DNA of 64,000 nucleotides from an uncultured Pseudomonas sp. (GTDB lineage Bacteria; Pseudomonadota; Gammaproteobacteria; Pseudomonadales; Pseudomonadaceae): assembly GCA_964410065.1 (NCBI GenBank), contig CAYPFO010000007.1, positions 4,499 to 68,498 on the forward strand. The letters run 5' to 3'. The notes beneath the pieces are model-generated. The model saw only the letters and a list, made by a program, of their open reading frames with translations. It searched no databases and was not told the origin of the DNA. The translations under genes were made by a program, and so were the position numbers. This document shows, in pieces, positions 39,266 through 50,719 of this stretch. Numbering within the stretch: position 1 is the first letter of the stretch; each line of letters starts with the position of its first letter.

Positions 39266-41455
39266 ATGCTCTCGCCTTCCCTGCGTCATTCCCTAAGTCG
39301 TTTATGGGGTAACGCCCAGCTGTCCTATGGCGTGCGGGTCTTTATTGCACTGTCGGGTGCCATGCTGTTGTGCTTACAGCAGGATCGCCTGGAACACGTC
39401 ATTCCGCTGTTTCTGGGCATTATCGCCAGTGCCCTGTCGGAAACCGACGACAACTGGTTCGGTCGGTTGCAGGCCGTGCTGGTCACCTTGGTGTGCTTTG
39501 CCATCGCCGCGCTGGCCGTGCAGTATTTATTTGGCTCGCCCTGGCTGTTTGTCAGTGCGCTGGCGCTTTCCACCTTCTGCATGACCATGCTCGGCGCGGT
39601 CGGCCCGCGCTACGCCACCATCGGCTGGGCCACCTTGATCCTGGCCATCTACACCATGATCGGCGTGGAACAGCAAGGCGGCGTGGCGGGCAATTTCTGG
39701 CTGCAGCCAATGTTGTTGCTGGCGGGGGCCGCCTGGTATGGCCTGCTGTCGGTGCTGTGGAATGCGCTGTTCGTCAATCAGCCGGTGCAACAGGGGCTGG
39801 CAAGGTTGTTCGATGAGCTGGGCACTTACCTGAAAATTAAAAGCAGCCTGCTGGAGCCGCTGCGGCAGTTGGATGTAGAAGAGCGGCGCCTGGAACTGGC
39901 GCGGCAGAATGGCCGGGTGGTCACGGCGTTCAACCAGACCAAGGAAATTCTCCTGCAGCGTGTTGGCAATGGACGCACGGGCGCCAAGGTCAGTCGTTAC
40001 CTGCGGTTGTATTTCACCGCTCAGGACATCCACGAGCGCGCCAGTTCCTCGCACTATCCCTATAACGAGTTGGCCGAGGCTTTTTTTCACAGCGATGTGA
40101 TGTTCCGCTGCCAGCGACTGCTCAACCAGCAGGGCAATGCCTGCAAGACACTCAGCCGGGCCATCCGCTTGCGCCAGCCCTTTGAGTATGGCGAGAGCCG
40201 GGCGGCGCTGGACGATCTTCAGGCATCGCTGGCGTTCTTGCGGGCCCAGAACAACCCCGCCTGGCGCACGCTGCTGCGTTCCCTTGGCGCGCTGGCCAAC
40301 AACCTTGGCACCCTGGAAGGCAGGCTGGCAGAGGCCAGCAACCCGGACGCCCTGGTCGAGCAACAGGACAGCACGCTGTTCGACCGCTCGCCACGCAGTT
40401 TCAAGGACGCCCTGGAGCGCATTCGTCTGCAGCTCACGCCCACCTCGCTGGTGTTTCGCCATGCGTTGCGCCTGTCCATCGCCTTATCGGCCGGTTACGG
40501 GCTGATGCACTGGATCGAGCCGGGTCAGGGGTTCTGGATTCTGTTGACCACGCTGTTCGTCTGCCAGCCCAACTATGGCGCCACGCGTACGCGGTTGCTG
40601 CAGCGCATCAGCGGTACCCTGATCGGTCTGGTGGCCGGCTGGGCGCTGATCACGTTATTCCCTCAATCGCTGATGCAGGCCCTGCTAGCAGTCATCGCCG
40701 GGGTGGTGTTTTTCGCCACGCGCAGCAGCCGCTACACCTTGGCCACGGCCGCGATCACGCTGCTGGTGCTGTTCTGCTTCGCGCAGGTTGGTGATGGCTA
40801 CGAATTAATTTGGCCACGGCTGTTCGATACCCTGCTGGGCAGTCTGATTGCCGGCTTGGCGGTGTTCCTGATTCTGCCCGACTGGCAGGGGCGACGACTC
40901 AACCAGATGATCGCCAACGTGTTGTCCTGCAACGCTCGCTACCTGCGGCAGGCCATGCAGCAGTACGAGACCGGCAAGCGCGACGATCTGGAGTATCGCC
41001 TCGCACGGCGTAACGCCCATAACGCCGATGCGGCGTTGTCCACCACGCTGTCGAACATGCTGTTGGAGCCGGGGCACTTTCGCAAGGATGCCGAGCTGGG
41101 CTTTCGTTTTCTGGTGCAGACCCACACCTTGCTCAGCTACCTGTCGGCGTTGGGCGCGCACCGCGAAAGCCTGACTGAAGAACTCGGTGACAGCCTGCTC
41201 GACAACGCCAGCGAACGCATTGCCGTTGCGCTCGAATCGATTGCCGCCAGCCTGGCTGAGCGCGGCAGCGTGGCGGTTCACAGTGAGGAAGAGGAAGCGC
41301 TGGCCGCCCAGTTGGAGCAGTTGCCCGACGAGCAGGATGACGGCCACCGTCTGGTGCAGACTCAGCTGGCGCTGATCTGTCGGCAACTGGCGCCCTTGCG
41401 CACCTTGGCTGCGTATCTGCTCAAGCGGGGCCAGGCCTCAGCTGTTGCCAGCTAG
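39266..41455 (+). CDS. yccS: YccS/YhfK-family (FUSC-like) integral membrane protein
   Basis: 729 aa. The N-terminus MLSPSLRHSLSRLWGNAQLSYGVRVFIALSG resembles E. coli YccS. It has two polytopic membrane blocks separated by a cytoplasmic region. Confidence 0.8.
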   Translation: MLSPSLRHSLSRLWGNAQLSYGVRVFIALSGAMLLCLQQDRLEHVIPLFLGIIASALSETDDNWFGRLQAVLVTLVCFAIAALAVQYLFGSPWLFVSALALSTFCMTMLGAVGPRYATIGWATLILAIYTMIGVEQQGGVAGNFWLQPMLLLAGAAWYGLLSVLWNALFVNQPVQQGLARLFDELGTYLKIKSSLLEPLRQLDVEERRLELARQNGRVVTAFNQTKEILLQRVGNGRTGAKVSRYLRLYFTAQDIHERASSSHYPYNELAEAFFHSDVMFRCQRLLNQQGNACKTLSRAIRLRQPFEYGESRAALDDLQASLAFLRAQNNPAWRTLLRSLGALANNLGTLEGRLAEASNPDALVEQQDSTLFDRSPRSFKDALERIRLQLTPTSLVFRHALRLSIALSAGYGLMHWIEPGQGFWILLTTLFVCQPNYGATRTRLLQRISGTLIGLVAGWALITLFPQSLMQALLAVIAGVVFFATRSSRYTLATAAITLLVLFCFAQVGDGYELIWPRLFDTLLGSLIAGLAVFLILPDWQGRRLNQMIANVLSCNARYLRQAMQQYETGKRDDLEYRLARRNAHNADAALSTTLSNMLLEPGHFRKDAELGFRFLVQTHTLLSYLSALGAHRESLTEELGDSLLDNASERIAVALESIAASLAERGSVAVHSEEEEALAAQLEQLPDEQDDGHRLVQTQLALICRQLAPLRTLAAYLLKRGQASAVAS

Positions 41456-41511
41456 CCTGGCTCGCATGCGCTAGAGTCCGGCCGACCATGCCTCGGCCGA
41501 CCGCTGCAACG

Positions 41512-41745
41512 TCAGTTGGCCGGGGCTTCCTCTGTTCCCGGATTGGTGTTGAAGTCACTTTCCGGTGCGGTGGTCGGTGCTGGCGGTGTTGTCTCACCCG
41601 GGACGACCGGCGGATCGGGAGTGACGGGCGGAGCCGGTTGCATGGTGTCGGCCGGCGGAAGGTCTCGCTGGTCGTCTTCGTCAGGAGAGCAACCGACCAG
41701 CAGGAAGCCGAGCAGTGCCGGCAGGACTAGATGCGCAAGACGCAT
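41512..41745 (-). CDS. Small Pro-rich lipoprotein
   Basis: Trimmed to the ATG at 41743-41745 (GGAGG SD). Lipobox LLVGC, followed by a P/T/D-rich 55-aa tail. Confidence 0.6.
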   Translation of the reverse strand: MRLAHLVLPALLGFLLVGCSPDEDDQRDLPPADTMQPAPPVTPDPPVVPGETTPPAPTTAPESDFNTNPGTEEAPAN

Positions 41746-41945
41746 GGTGAAACCTCCATCGATTGGGCTGGCAGCAACCAGCCAGCTGAAAAAAGCGTTA
41801 ACGGCGGCCCCGTCGGTGAATACAGGCAGCCTGACAAAGCCACAATTTGTGACAAGCATTGCGCTCAAGAGTGCCAACGCCCGCTGACGGCGCTGCGTGA
41901 CGCAGGCCTGTTACCATGTCCGGCCTCTTTTTCATGGCTCTTTGA

Positions 41946-42428
41946 ATGGACAAGCAAACGCTTCAGCAATTGCTTCTTGATCGTCTGCGGGCCGATTTGC
42001 AGGTGGCCATCGACGCGGCACGGATCGCCCATGCGGCGGCCACCGATGAGGAAAGCAAGGCCGAGAATAAATACGACACCCGCGGGCTGGAGGCCGCCTA
42101 CCTGGCTGCGGGCCAGTCGCGCCGGGTCGAGGAGCTGCGCCAGGCGCTGCAGGTCTGTCAGAACCTGGTGTTGCGTCCCTTCGATGCGCAGGTGGGGATT
42201 CAGCTTGGGGCGCTGCTGGAGTTGGAGGACGAGCAGGGCAGCCTGCTGATGCTGTTCCTGATGCCCGCCGCTGCCGGCATCAAGCTGGCATGGCAGGGGC
42301 GGGACGTCCTGCTGATCAGTCCGCAGGCTCCGCTGGGCCAGAGGTTACTGGGCAAGGGCGAGGGCGACGACGTGCAGGTGCAGATCGGTGCGCGTGTGCA
42401 GCGCTACGAGGTGCTGTCAGTCTGCTGA
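41946..42428 (+). CDS. GreA/GreB-family C-terminal-domain protein (Rnk-like)
   Basis: 160 aa with a coiled N-terminal region containing ENKYDTRGLEA and a Gre-like FKBP-type C-terminal domain pattern (G..V.V......YEVL). Confidence 0.65.
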   Translation: MDKQTLQQLLLDRLRADLQVAIDAARIAHAAATDEESKAENKYDTRGLEAAYLAAGQSRRVEELRQALQVCQNLVLRPFDAQVGIQLGALLELEDEQGSLLMLFLMPAAAGIKLAWQGRDVLLISPQAPLGQRLLGKGEGDDVQVQIGARVQRYEVLSVC

Positions 42429-42922
42429 GCCGCACCGCTGTCGCGCCAGACCAGGTACACACGCAGATCAAATTCCAGCTGGTGATAGCCCGGCAGCATA
42501 TGTTCGCATAGCTGGTAGAACGCCTTGTTGTGGTCGAATTCGCGAAAATGCGCCAGCTCGTGCACCACGATGGTGTGGAGAAACGCTGCGGGCGCGTCCT
42601 TGAACAGCGCCGCCACGCGAATTTCCTTCTTCGCCTTGAGCTTGCCGCCGTGCACCCGCGAGATGGCGGTGTGCATGCCCAGGGCATTCTTCATCACGTC
42701 GAGCTTGCTGTCGTAGAGCACCTTGTCCAGCCCCGGCGCGTTGCGCAGATGCCGCTGCTTGAGCTCGTTGGTGTAGCTGTACAGCGCTTTGTCGCTGAGC
42801 ACCTGGTGGCGCTCGGCATAGCGGCGCTGCAGATAATCGCCCAGGCGATCCGTGGCCAGCAGCTGACGGACCTGCTCTTGCAGCGACGCGGGATAACCTT
42901 GCAGGTATTTGAACGCGGACAT
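42404..42922 (-). CDS. YgjP-like DUF45/M48-family metal-dependent hydrolase
   Basis: Trimmed to the ATG at 42920-42922. It has the HExxH motif VVHELAHFREFDHNKAFY characteristic of DUF45/YgjP. Confidence 0.75.
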   Translation of the reverse strand: MSAFKYLQGYPASLQEQVRQLLATDRLGDYLQRRYAERHQVLSDKALYSYTNELKQRHLRNAPGLDKVLYDSKLDVMKNALGMHTAISRVHGGKLKAKKEIRVAALFKDAPAAFLHTIVVHELAHFREFDHNKAFYQLCEHMLPGYHQLEFDLRVYLVWRDSGAAQQTDSTS

Positions 42923-42956
42923 GGGCACCTCGCGCTGGGCGGACGGTGCAGTGTAA

Positions 42957-44720
<1,764 letters not shown>

Positions 44721-44745
44721 ACAAGAGCTCTGAGCATGCCCGCTT

Positions 44746-44861
44746 TCGTAGGATGGAATCGCCGCAGGCGCTTCCGTCGTGGCCGCGAAACTCAACCCAA
44801 CCCTGGCGCCAGCCCACCCGCGCCACCGTCGGATTACGCCTGCGGCAAATCCAACCTACGA
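44746..44861. repeat. REP doublet (REPIN-like): two inverted 25-nt units
   Basis: TCGTAGGATGGAATCGCCGCAGGCG (44746-44770) and the reverse complement of TCGTAGGTTGGATTTGCCGCAGGCG (44837-44861). They are about 22/25 identical and lie between convergent genes. Confidence 0.75.
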
Positions 44862-44920
44862 TCTGCTGGCTTGCGGGTTCTCGACTCGTTCAGCGTTACC
44901 CAGGGCCGGCTTCAACCTGG

Positions 44921-45370
44921 TCAGTAAGCGCGAAATTCCTTGTGGCAGCTTTCGCAGGCATCTTCGACCCGCTGCACGGGCGCGGCGAGCGCGGCGGGGT
45001 CGAGCGGACGCTGTGTAGTAGCCACAACCAACGCGGCGGTGGCGGCTTCCTGGGCGCGGGCCAGTTCGTTGAAACGCTCTTGGCGTTCCCAGACGTCGTC
45101 GCGTGCGCTGCTGTCGGCGTTGTCCTTGACCTGTGGGAAGTGCTGCCAGGGCTGGCGGGAAATCTCGTCCAGGTGGGCGGCGCCTTCGATGAATTTGGCT
45201 TCGTTGAAGGCCAGGCGCCCGCGCAGCATGCCGCCCAGGTCTTCGCTGGTTTTCATCATCTCCTTGAAAATGGCCGTACGCTTGCCCAGCGGCGAGTTCG
45301 GGTCGACGCGGTCACAACCCACCAGGACGACTGCGGCGAGCAGCGCCACGCCCACGATTTTCAACTTCAT
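44921..45370 (-). CDS. Cytochrome c' (class II c-type cytochrome) lipoprotein
   Basis: Trimmed to the ATG at 45368-45370. It has a lipobox LVGC, four-helix-bundle length and the C-terminal haem motif CESCHKEFR. Confidence 0.8.
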   Translation of the reverse strand: MKLKIVGVALLAAVVLVGCDRVDPNSPLGKRTAIFKEMMKTSEDLGGMLRGRLAFNEAKFIEGAAHLDEISRQPWQHFPQVKDNADSSARDDVWERQERFNELARAQEAATAALVVATTQRPLDPAALAAPVQRVEDACESCHKEFRAY

Positions 45371-45438
45371 TGATGCAACCTGTGTTGTGCGAATAAGCCG
45401 TCGATTATCCGCATCCTGTCCGCTGCGGACAAATCCGC

Positions 45439-45876
45439 TTATTGCGCCCATTGACCGCCGGTATTCTCGCAGTCGATGCGTGTTTGCCCCTGGTCCGTCG
45501 TGGCGTAGTAGTACGTCACGATTCGGGCATTCTCGGGCAGGGCGTCGGGCAGTGCTTCGTCGGGGGTAATCAGACCGAAGGATTTTTCATTGGCCAGGGT
45601 TTCCGGCGTCATCGGTGCGCTGCAGGAGCCGAAGGCGCCCGACGGGCAGCTGTCGCGCAGTTCACGCCGGGAGCTGCGCACATCGGCTTGGTCGCGGCAG
45701 ATCCATTCAATGGCAGTGGGGTCATCCATGTTCTGCAGTTCGAAGCATTTTTCCGGCGATACCGGTGCCGGCACATCGCCTGAGGTCTGTTCGCTGACAT
45801 AGCAGGCCTGGGCCTGCGCCAGCGGGCTGGCCAAGCCGGTAAGCAGTACGAACAGAGCGCGAGAAAGGCGTGTCAT
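45439..45876 (-). CDS. Secreted Cys-rich hypothetical protein (145 aa)
   Basis: Trimmed to the ATG at 45874-45876 (GGAGAC SD). Signal peptide MTRLSRALFVLLTGLASPLAQA, with six Cys in the mature part. No family recognised. Confidence 0.6.
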   Translation of the reverse strand: MTRLSRALFVLLTGLASPLAQAQACYVSEQTSGDVPAPVSPEKCFELQNMDDPTAIEWICRDQADVRSSRRELRDSCPSGAFGSCSAPMTPETLANEKSFGLITPDEALPDALPENARIVTYYYATTDQGQTRIDCENTGGQWAQ

Positions 45877-46046
45877 GGCAGTCTCCTGTGGCGGCGTGGG
45901 CCGGTCGAAAGCAACCCGCCCTGGACCGTTCGACCGGAGCGCGCGCCAGCGAGTTCTCGCCACACGCTGCAACGCTTGGGTCTGAGCGCGGCTGCCGCTA
46001 TAATCGCCGGCACTTTTCATGGCCGACACCGCTTCGGCCATGCCCG

Positions 46047-46172
46047 CCACCCGTCCGAGGGGCGCTGCAGCAGCGCGATTGACTGTTCCGAACCTGCGAA
46101 AGGCAGCTTCGGATCAGGCAATCGCCTGTCAGGCTCGGATGGGGCGTTATCTCAACGCATCAACGGCGCCCA
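46047..46172 (+). promoter_or_regulatory. SAH (S-adenosylhomocysteine) riboswitch in the ahcY leader
   Basis: It contains the conserved SAH-element blocks CCGAGGGGCGCUGCAGC ... CAGGCUCGGAUG ... CAACGGCGCC (P1 CCGAG/CUCGG, pseudoknot GGCGC/GCGCC). It sits directly upstream of ahcY-metF, the known genomic context in Pseudomonas. Confidence 0.8.
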
Positions 46173-46201
46173 TTCGCACACCACGAATGGAGAGCTTTTG
46201 C

Positions 46202-47596
<1,395 letters not shown>

Positions 47597-47610
47597 TCGC
47601 AGCGGCGAGC

Positions 47611-47670
47611 GCTAAGCGGCAAGCTGCAAGACGGAATCGAATCCGCTTGCAGCTTGAGGCTTGCGCTTGT
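47611..47670. repeat. CTTGCAGC-type repeat hairpin between ahcY and metF (copy 2 of 3 loci)
   Basis: Perfect 11-bp arms CAAGCTGCAAG (47620-47630) and CTTGCAGCTTG (47646-47656), with inner CGGA/TCCG pairing. They are flanked by GCGGCAAGCT and GAGGCTTGCGCTTG. Confidence 0.75.
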
Positions 47671-47690
47671 AGCCGAGAAGGAACTTCTCT

Positions 47691-48536
47691 ATGTCTCAAG
47701 ATCGTCGCTACAGCTTCGAGTTCTTTCCGACGAAGACCGAAGCCGGGCATGAAAAACTGCTTAACACCGCACGTCGCCTGGCCGAGTACAAGCCGGACTT
47801 CTTTTCCTGCACCTACGGTGCCGGGGGTTCGACCCGTGATCGCACCCTGAACACCGTGCTGCAACTGGACCGCGACGTGCAGGTGCCGACCGCGCCGCAC
47901 CTGTCCTGCGTGGGCGACAGCAAGGCCGATCTGCGCCAACTGCTCACCACCTACAAGGACAACGGCATTCGCCGCATCGTCGCCCTGCGCGGCGACTTAC
48001 CTTCGGGCATGGGCCTGGCCAGCGGCGAGCTGCGCTACGCCAACGAACTGGTCGAGTTCATTCGCGCCGAAACCGGCGACCACTTCCACATCGAAATCGC
48101 CGCCTACCCGGAGATGCATCCGCAGGCGCGCAATTTCGAGGACGACCTGGCCAACTTCGTGCGCAAGGCCCAGGCTGGCGCCGACAGCGCCATCACCCAG
48201 TACTTCTTCAACGCCGACAGTTACTTCTACTTCGTCGAGCGTGTGCGCAAACTGGGCGTTGAGATCGATATCGTCCCCGGCATCATGCCGATCACCAACT
48301 ACACCAGCCTGGCGCGCTTCTCCGATGCCTGCGGTGCGGAAATTCCGCGCTGGGTTCGCAAGCAGCTGGAAGCCTATGGCGACGATATCGCCAGCATTCA
48401 GGCGTTCGGCGAGCAGGTGGTCAGCCAGATGTGCGAGACGCTATTGGCCGGCGGCGCGCCGGGTCTGCACTTCTATACGCTGAACCAGGCTGACCCCAGT
48501 CTGGCGATCTGGAACAACCTCAAACTGCCGCGTTGA
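47691..48536 (+). CDS. metF: 5,10-methylenetetrahydrofolate reductase
   Basis: 281 aa with FSFEFFP, TCTYGAGGSTR and ALRGD motifs. Confidence 0.96.
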   Translation: MSQDRRYSFEFFPTKTEAGHEKLLNTARRLAEYKPDFFSCTYGAGGSTRDRTLNTVLQLDRDVQVPTAPHLSCVGDSKADLRQLLTTYKDNGIRRIVALRGDLPSGMGLASGELRYANELVEFIRAETGDHFHIEIAAYPEMHPQARNFEDDLANFVRKAQAGADSAITQYFFNADSYFYFVERVRKLGVEIDIVPGIMPITNYTSLARFSDACGAEIPRWVRKQLEAYGDDIASIQAFGEQVVSQMCETLLAGGAPGLHFYTLNQADPSLAIWNNLKLPR

Positions 48537-48545
48537 GTGGTGCGC

Positions 48546-48573
48546 TTCACGCCTCCGACAAGGGAGGCGTGAA
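48546..48573 (+). terminator. Hairpin after metF
   Basis: TTCACGCCTCC-GACAAG-GGAGGCGTGAA, 11-bp stem, 10 nt after the stop. The T-run is weak. Confidence 0.5.
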
Positions 48574-48766
48574 CCTCTGCGCGACTGCGCAGTCGAAAAA
48601 CAGCACGAAATTTCAGCTCTGGTATACTCCCGCAGTCTGCTCAGGCTTGCGCCCGGACGCTTGACCCTTCAGTGGTCGGCAGGACCGGTCGGGATCGCAC
48701 CCTCAAACGCGATTCATGCCAGGCAATTACTTCATTGGGCCACACCCATTACATACAGGATTTCCC

Positions 48767-50581
48767 ATGTCCTTTGCTTCCCTCGGTCTCTCCGAGGCTA
48801 TAGCCGGCGCTCTCGAGGCTGCCGGATACGCCACGCCCACTCCAGTGCAACAGCGGGCCATCCCCGCCGCGTTGCAAGGCCGCGATCTGATGGTCGCCGC
48901 CCAGACGGGCACCGGCAAGACCGGTGGTTTCGCCCTGCCTATTCTGGAAATTCTCTTCCCGGGCGGTCATCCCGATCGGGAACACCGCCACGGTCCGAAA
49001 CAGCCGCGCGTGTTGGTGCTGACGCCCACCCGCGAACTGGCCGCCCAGGTGCATGACAGCTTCAAGCTGTATGCCCGCGACCTGCCGATGAAAAGCACCT
49101 GCATCTTTGGCGGTGTCGGCATGAATCCCCAGGTGCAGGCTGTAGCCAAGGGCCTCGATGTGCTGGTCGCCTGCCCGGGTCGCCTGCTCGATCTGGCCAA
49201 CCAGCGCCACATCGACCTGTCCCGCGTGGAAATTCTCGTCCTTGATGAAGCCGACCGCATGCTGGACATGGGCTTCATCCACGACGTCAAGAAGGTGCTG
49301 GCCAAGCTGCCCGCCAAACGCCAGAACCTGCTGTTCTCGGCGACCTTCTCCAAGGACATCACCGACCTTGCCGGCAAGCTGTTGCATAACCCCGAGCGCA
49401 TCGAAGTCACGCCGCCGAACACCACGGTAGAGCGTATCGAACAGCGTGTATTCCATGTGCAAGCCAGCCACAAGCGCGCGCTGCTCGCCCACCTGATTAC
49501 TCAGGGCGCCTGGGAGCAGGTGCTGGTGTTCACTCGCACCAAGCATGGCGCCAACCGTCTGGCCGAATACCTCGACAAGCACGGCCTGCCGGCGGTGGCG
49601 ATTCATGGCAACAAAAGCCAGAACGCGCGCACCAAGGCCCTGGCCGACTTCAAGGCCAATCAGGTTCGCGTGCTGGTGGCCACCGATATTGCCGCCCGTG
49701 GCCTGGACATCGACCAGTTGCCCCACGTGGTCAACTTTGAACTGCCCAACGTCGAAGAAGACTACGTGCACCGCATTGGCCGTACCGGCCGTGCTGGGCG
49801 TAGCGGTGAGGCCATCTCGCTGGTCGCGCCGGACGAGGACAAGCTGCTCAAAGGCATCGAGCGCATGACCAAGCAGCGCATTCCCGCCGGCGATCTGATG
49901 GGCTTCGACGTCAGCACCCTTGAGGTGGAAAAACCTGAAGTCCGCGAGCCGCGCCAACCGCGGCCGGTTCGTGGTGAGCGCCCGCAGCGTGGCGAACGCA
50001 AAAGCGAAGGTCGCGGCGAGAAAAAGTCGGAAAAGAGCACCGAGCAGAAGGCCGAGGGTGCAGGCAAAGGCGCTGAGCGCCCACGTCGCAACCGTGGCGA
50101 CAAGCCCAAGGCGAAAAGCCCGGCCCAGGGCGACGCTATCAGCCGTCCACCGCGTTTGCCGGCCGATCGCGCGCCGGATGTGTTCCTCGACGATGAAATC
50201 GACAACTTCGGCAACCGCGTCGATTACGTACCGGCGGAGAACAAGCCCCAAGGTCGTGGCCGTCGTCCTGGACAAGCCCCCCAGGGTCAGGGCGCCCGTA
50301 GCGGTCGCCCGGCAAGTGCTGGCGCAGGTGCCGGTGCAACAGGTGGCGCGGCTCGCAACAAGACTGGCGGCCGTAAAAAGCCCCACGGCGGTGGCCGGGT
50401 ATTGACCCCCAATGGCGAAGTGTCCCGTGATCAGCCTGCCGGTACGCGCAGCCGCCAGCCGGAAAAACAGCCGGTGATCATCCACAAGCACAAGGAACGT
50501 CTGCCCAGCCTGGAGCAGCTGGAGCAGTTGCCCAGCCGCCCCCGTGGCGAGAAGCCGGCACTGCTTACGCGTAATCGCTAA
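48767..50581 (+). CDS. rhlE: DEAD-box ATP-dependent RNA helicase (RhlE-like) with long basic C-terminal tail
   Basis: Trimmed to the ATG at 48767. It has the Q motif, [12 protein letters not shown] (LDEADRM), SAT and [10 protein letters not shown]. The last roughly 230 aa are R/G/K/P-rich and low-complexity. Confidence 0.88.
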   Translation: MSFASLGLSEAIAGALEAAGYATPTPVQQRAIPAALQGRDLMVAAQTGTGKTGGFALPILEILFPGGHPDREHRHGPKQPRVLVLTPTRELAAQVHDSFKLYARDLPMKSTCIFGGVGMNPQVQAVAKGLDVLVACPGRLLDLANQRHIDLSRVEILVLDEADRMLDMGFIHDVKKVLAKLPAKRQNLLFSATFSKDITDLAGKLLHNPERIEVTPPNTTVERIEQRVFHVQASHKRALLAHLITQGAWEQVLVFTRTKHGANRLAEYLDKHGLPAVAIHGNKSQNARTKALADFKANQVRVLVATDIAARGLDIDQLPHVVNFELPNVEEDYVHRIGRTGRAGRSGEAISLVAPDEDKLLKGIERMTKQRIPAGDLMGFDVSTLEVEKPEVREPRQPRPVRGERPQRGERKSEGRGEKKSEKSTEQKAEGAGKGAERPRRNRGDKPKAKSPAQGDAISRPPRLPADRAPDVFLDDEIDNFGNRVDYVPAENKPQGRGRRPGQAPQGQGARSGRPASAGAGAGATGGAARNKTGGRKKPHGGGRVLTPNGEVSRDQPAGTRSRQPEKQPVIIHKHKERLPSLEQLEQLPSRPRGEKPALLTRNR

Positions 50582-50593
50582 GCCGTCTGCTTG

Positions 50594-50626
50594 AAAAAAA
50601 CGCCGCCTCGTCAGGCGGCGTTTTTG
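50594..50626 (+). terminator. Rho-independent terminator of rhlE
   Basis: AAAAAAA-CGCCGCC-TCGTCA-GGCGGCG-TTTTT. Confidence 0.85.
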
Positions 50627-50719
50627 TGTGCGCCCGGGAACTTTTTGGGGTAGGCACCGAACGGACGTAATGCTTCGTCACGTGACTACTGGCTCTGCGA
50701 TGGCCATCCAAGGAAAACA

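Noticed and set aside
41841-41851. CACAATTTGTG palindrome and adjacent TGTGA in the lipoprotein/Gre-like spacer considered as a Vfr/CRP site
   Set aside because: Only one TGTGA half-site fits. The second half (TTGCG) does not match TCACA, so the evidence is too weak to call.
47625-47650. GAATCGAATCC string resembling a tRNA T-arm
   Set aside because: No acceptor, D or anticodon arms can be drawn around it. It is the loop of the REP-like hairpin between ahcY and metF.
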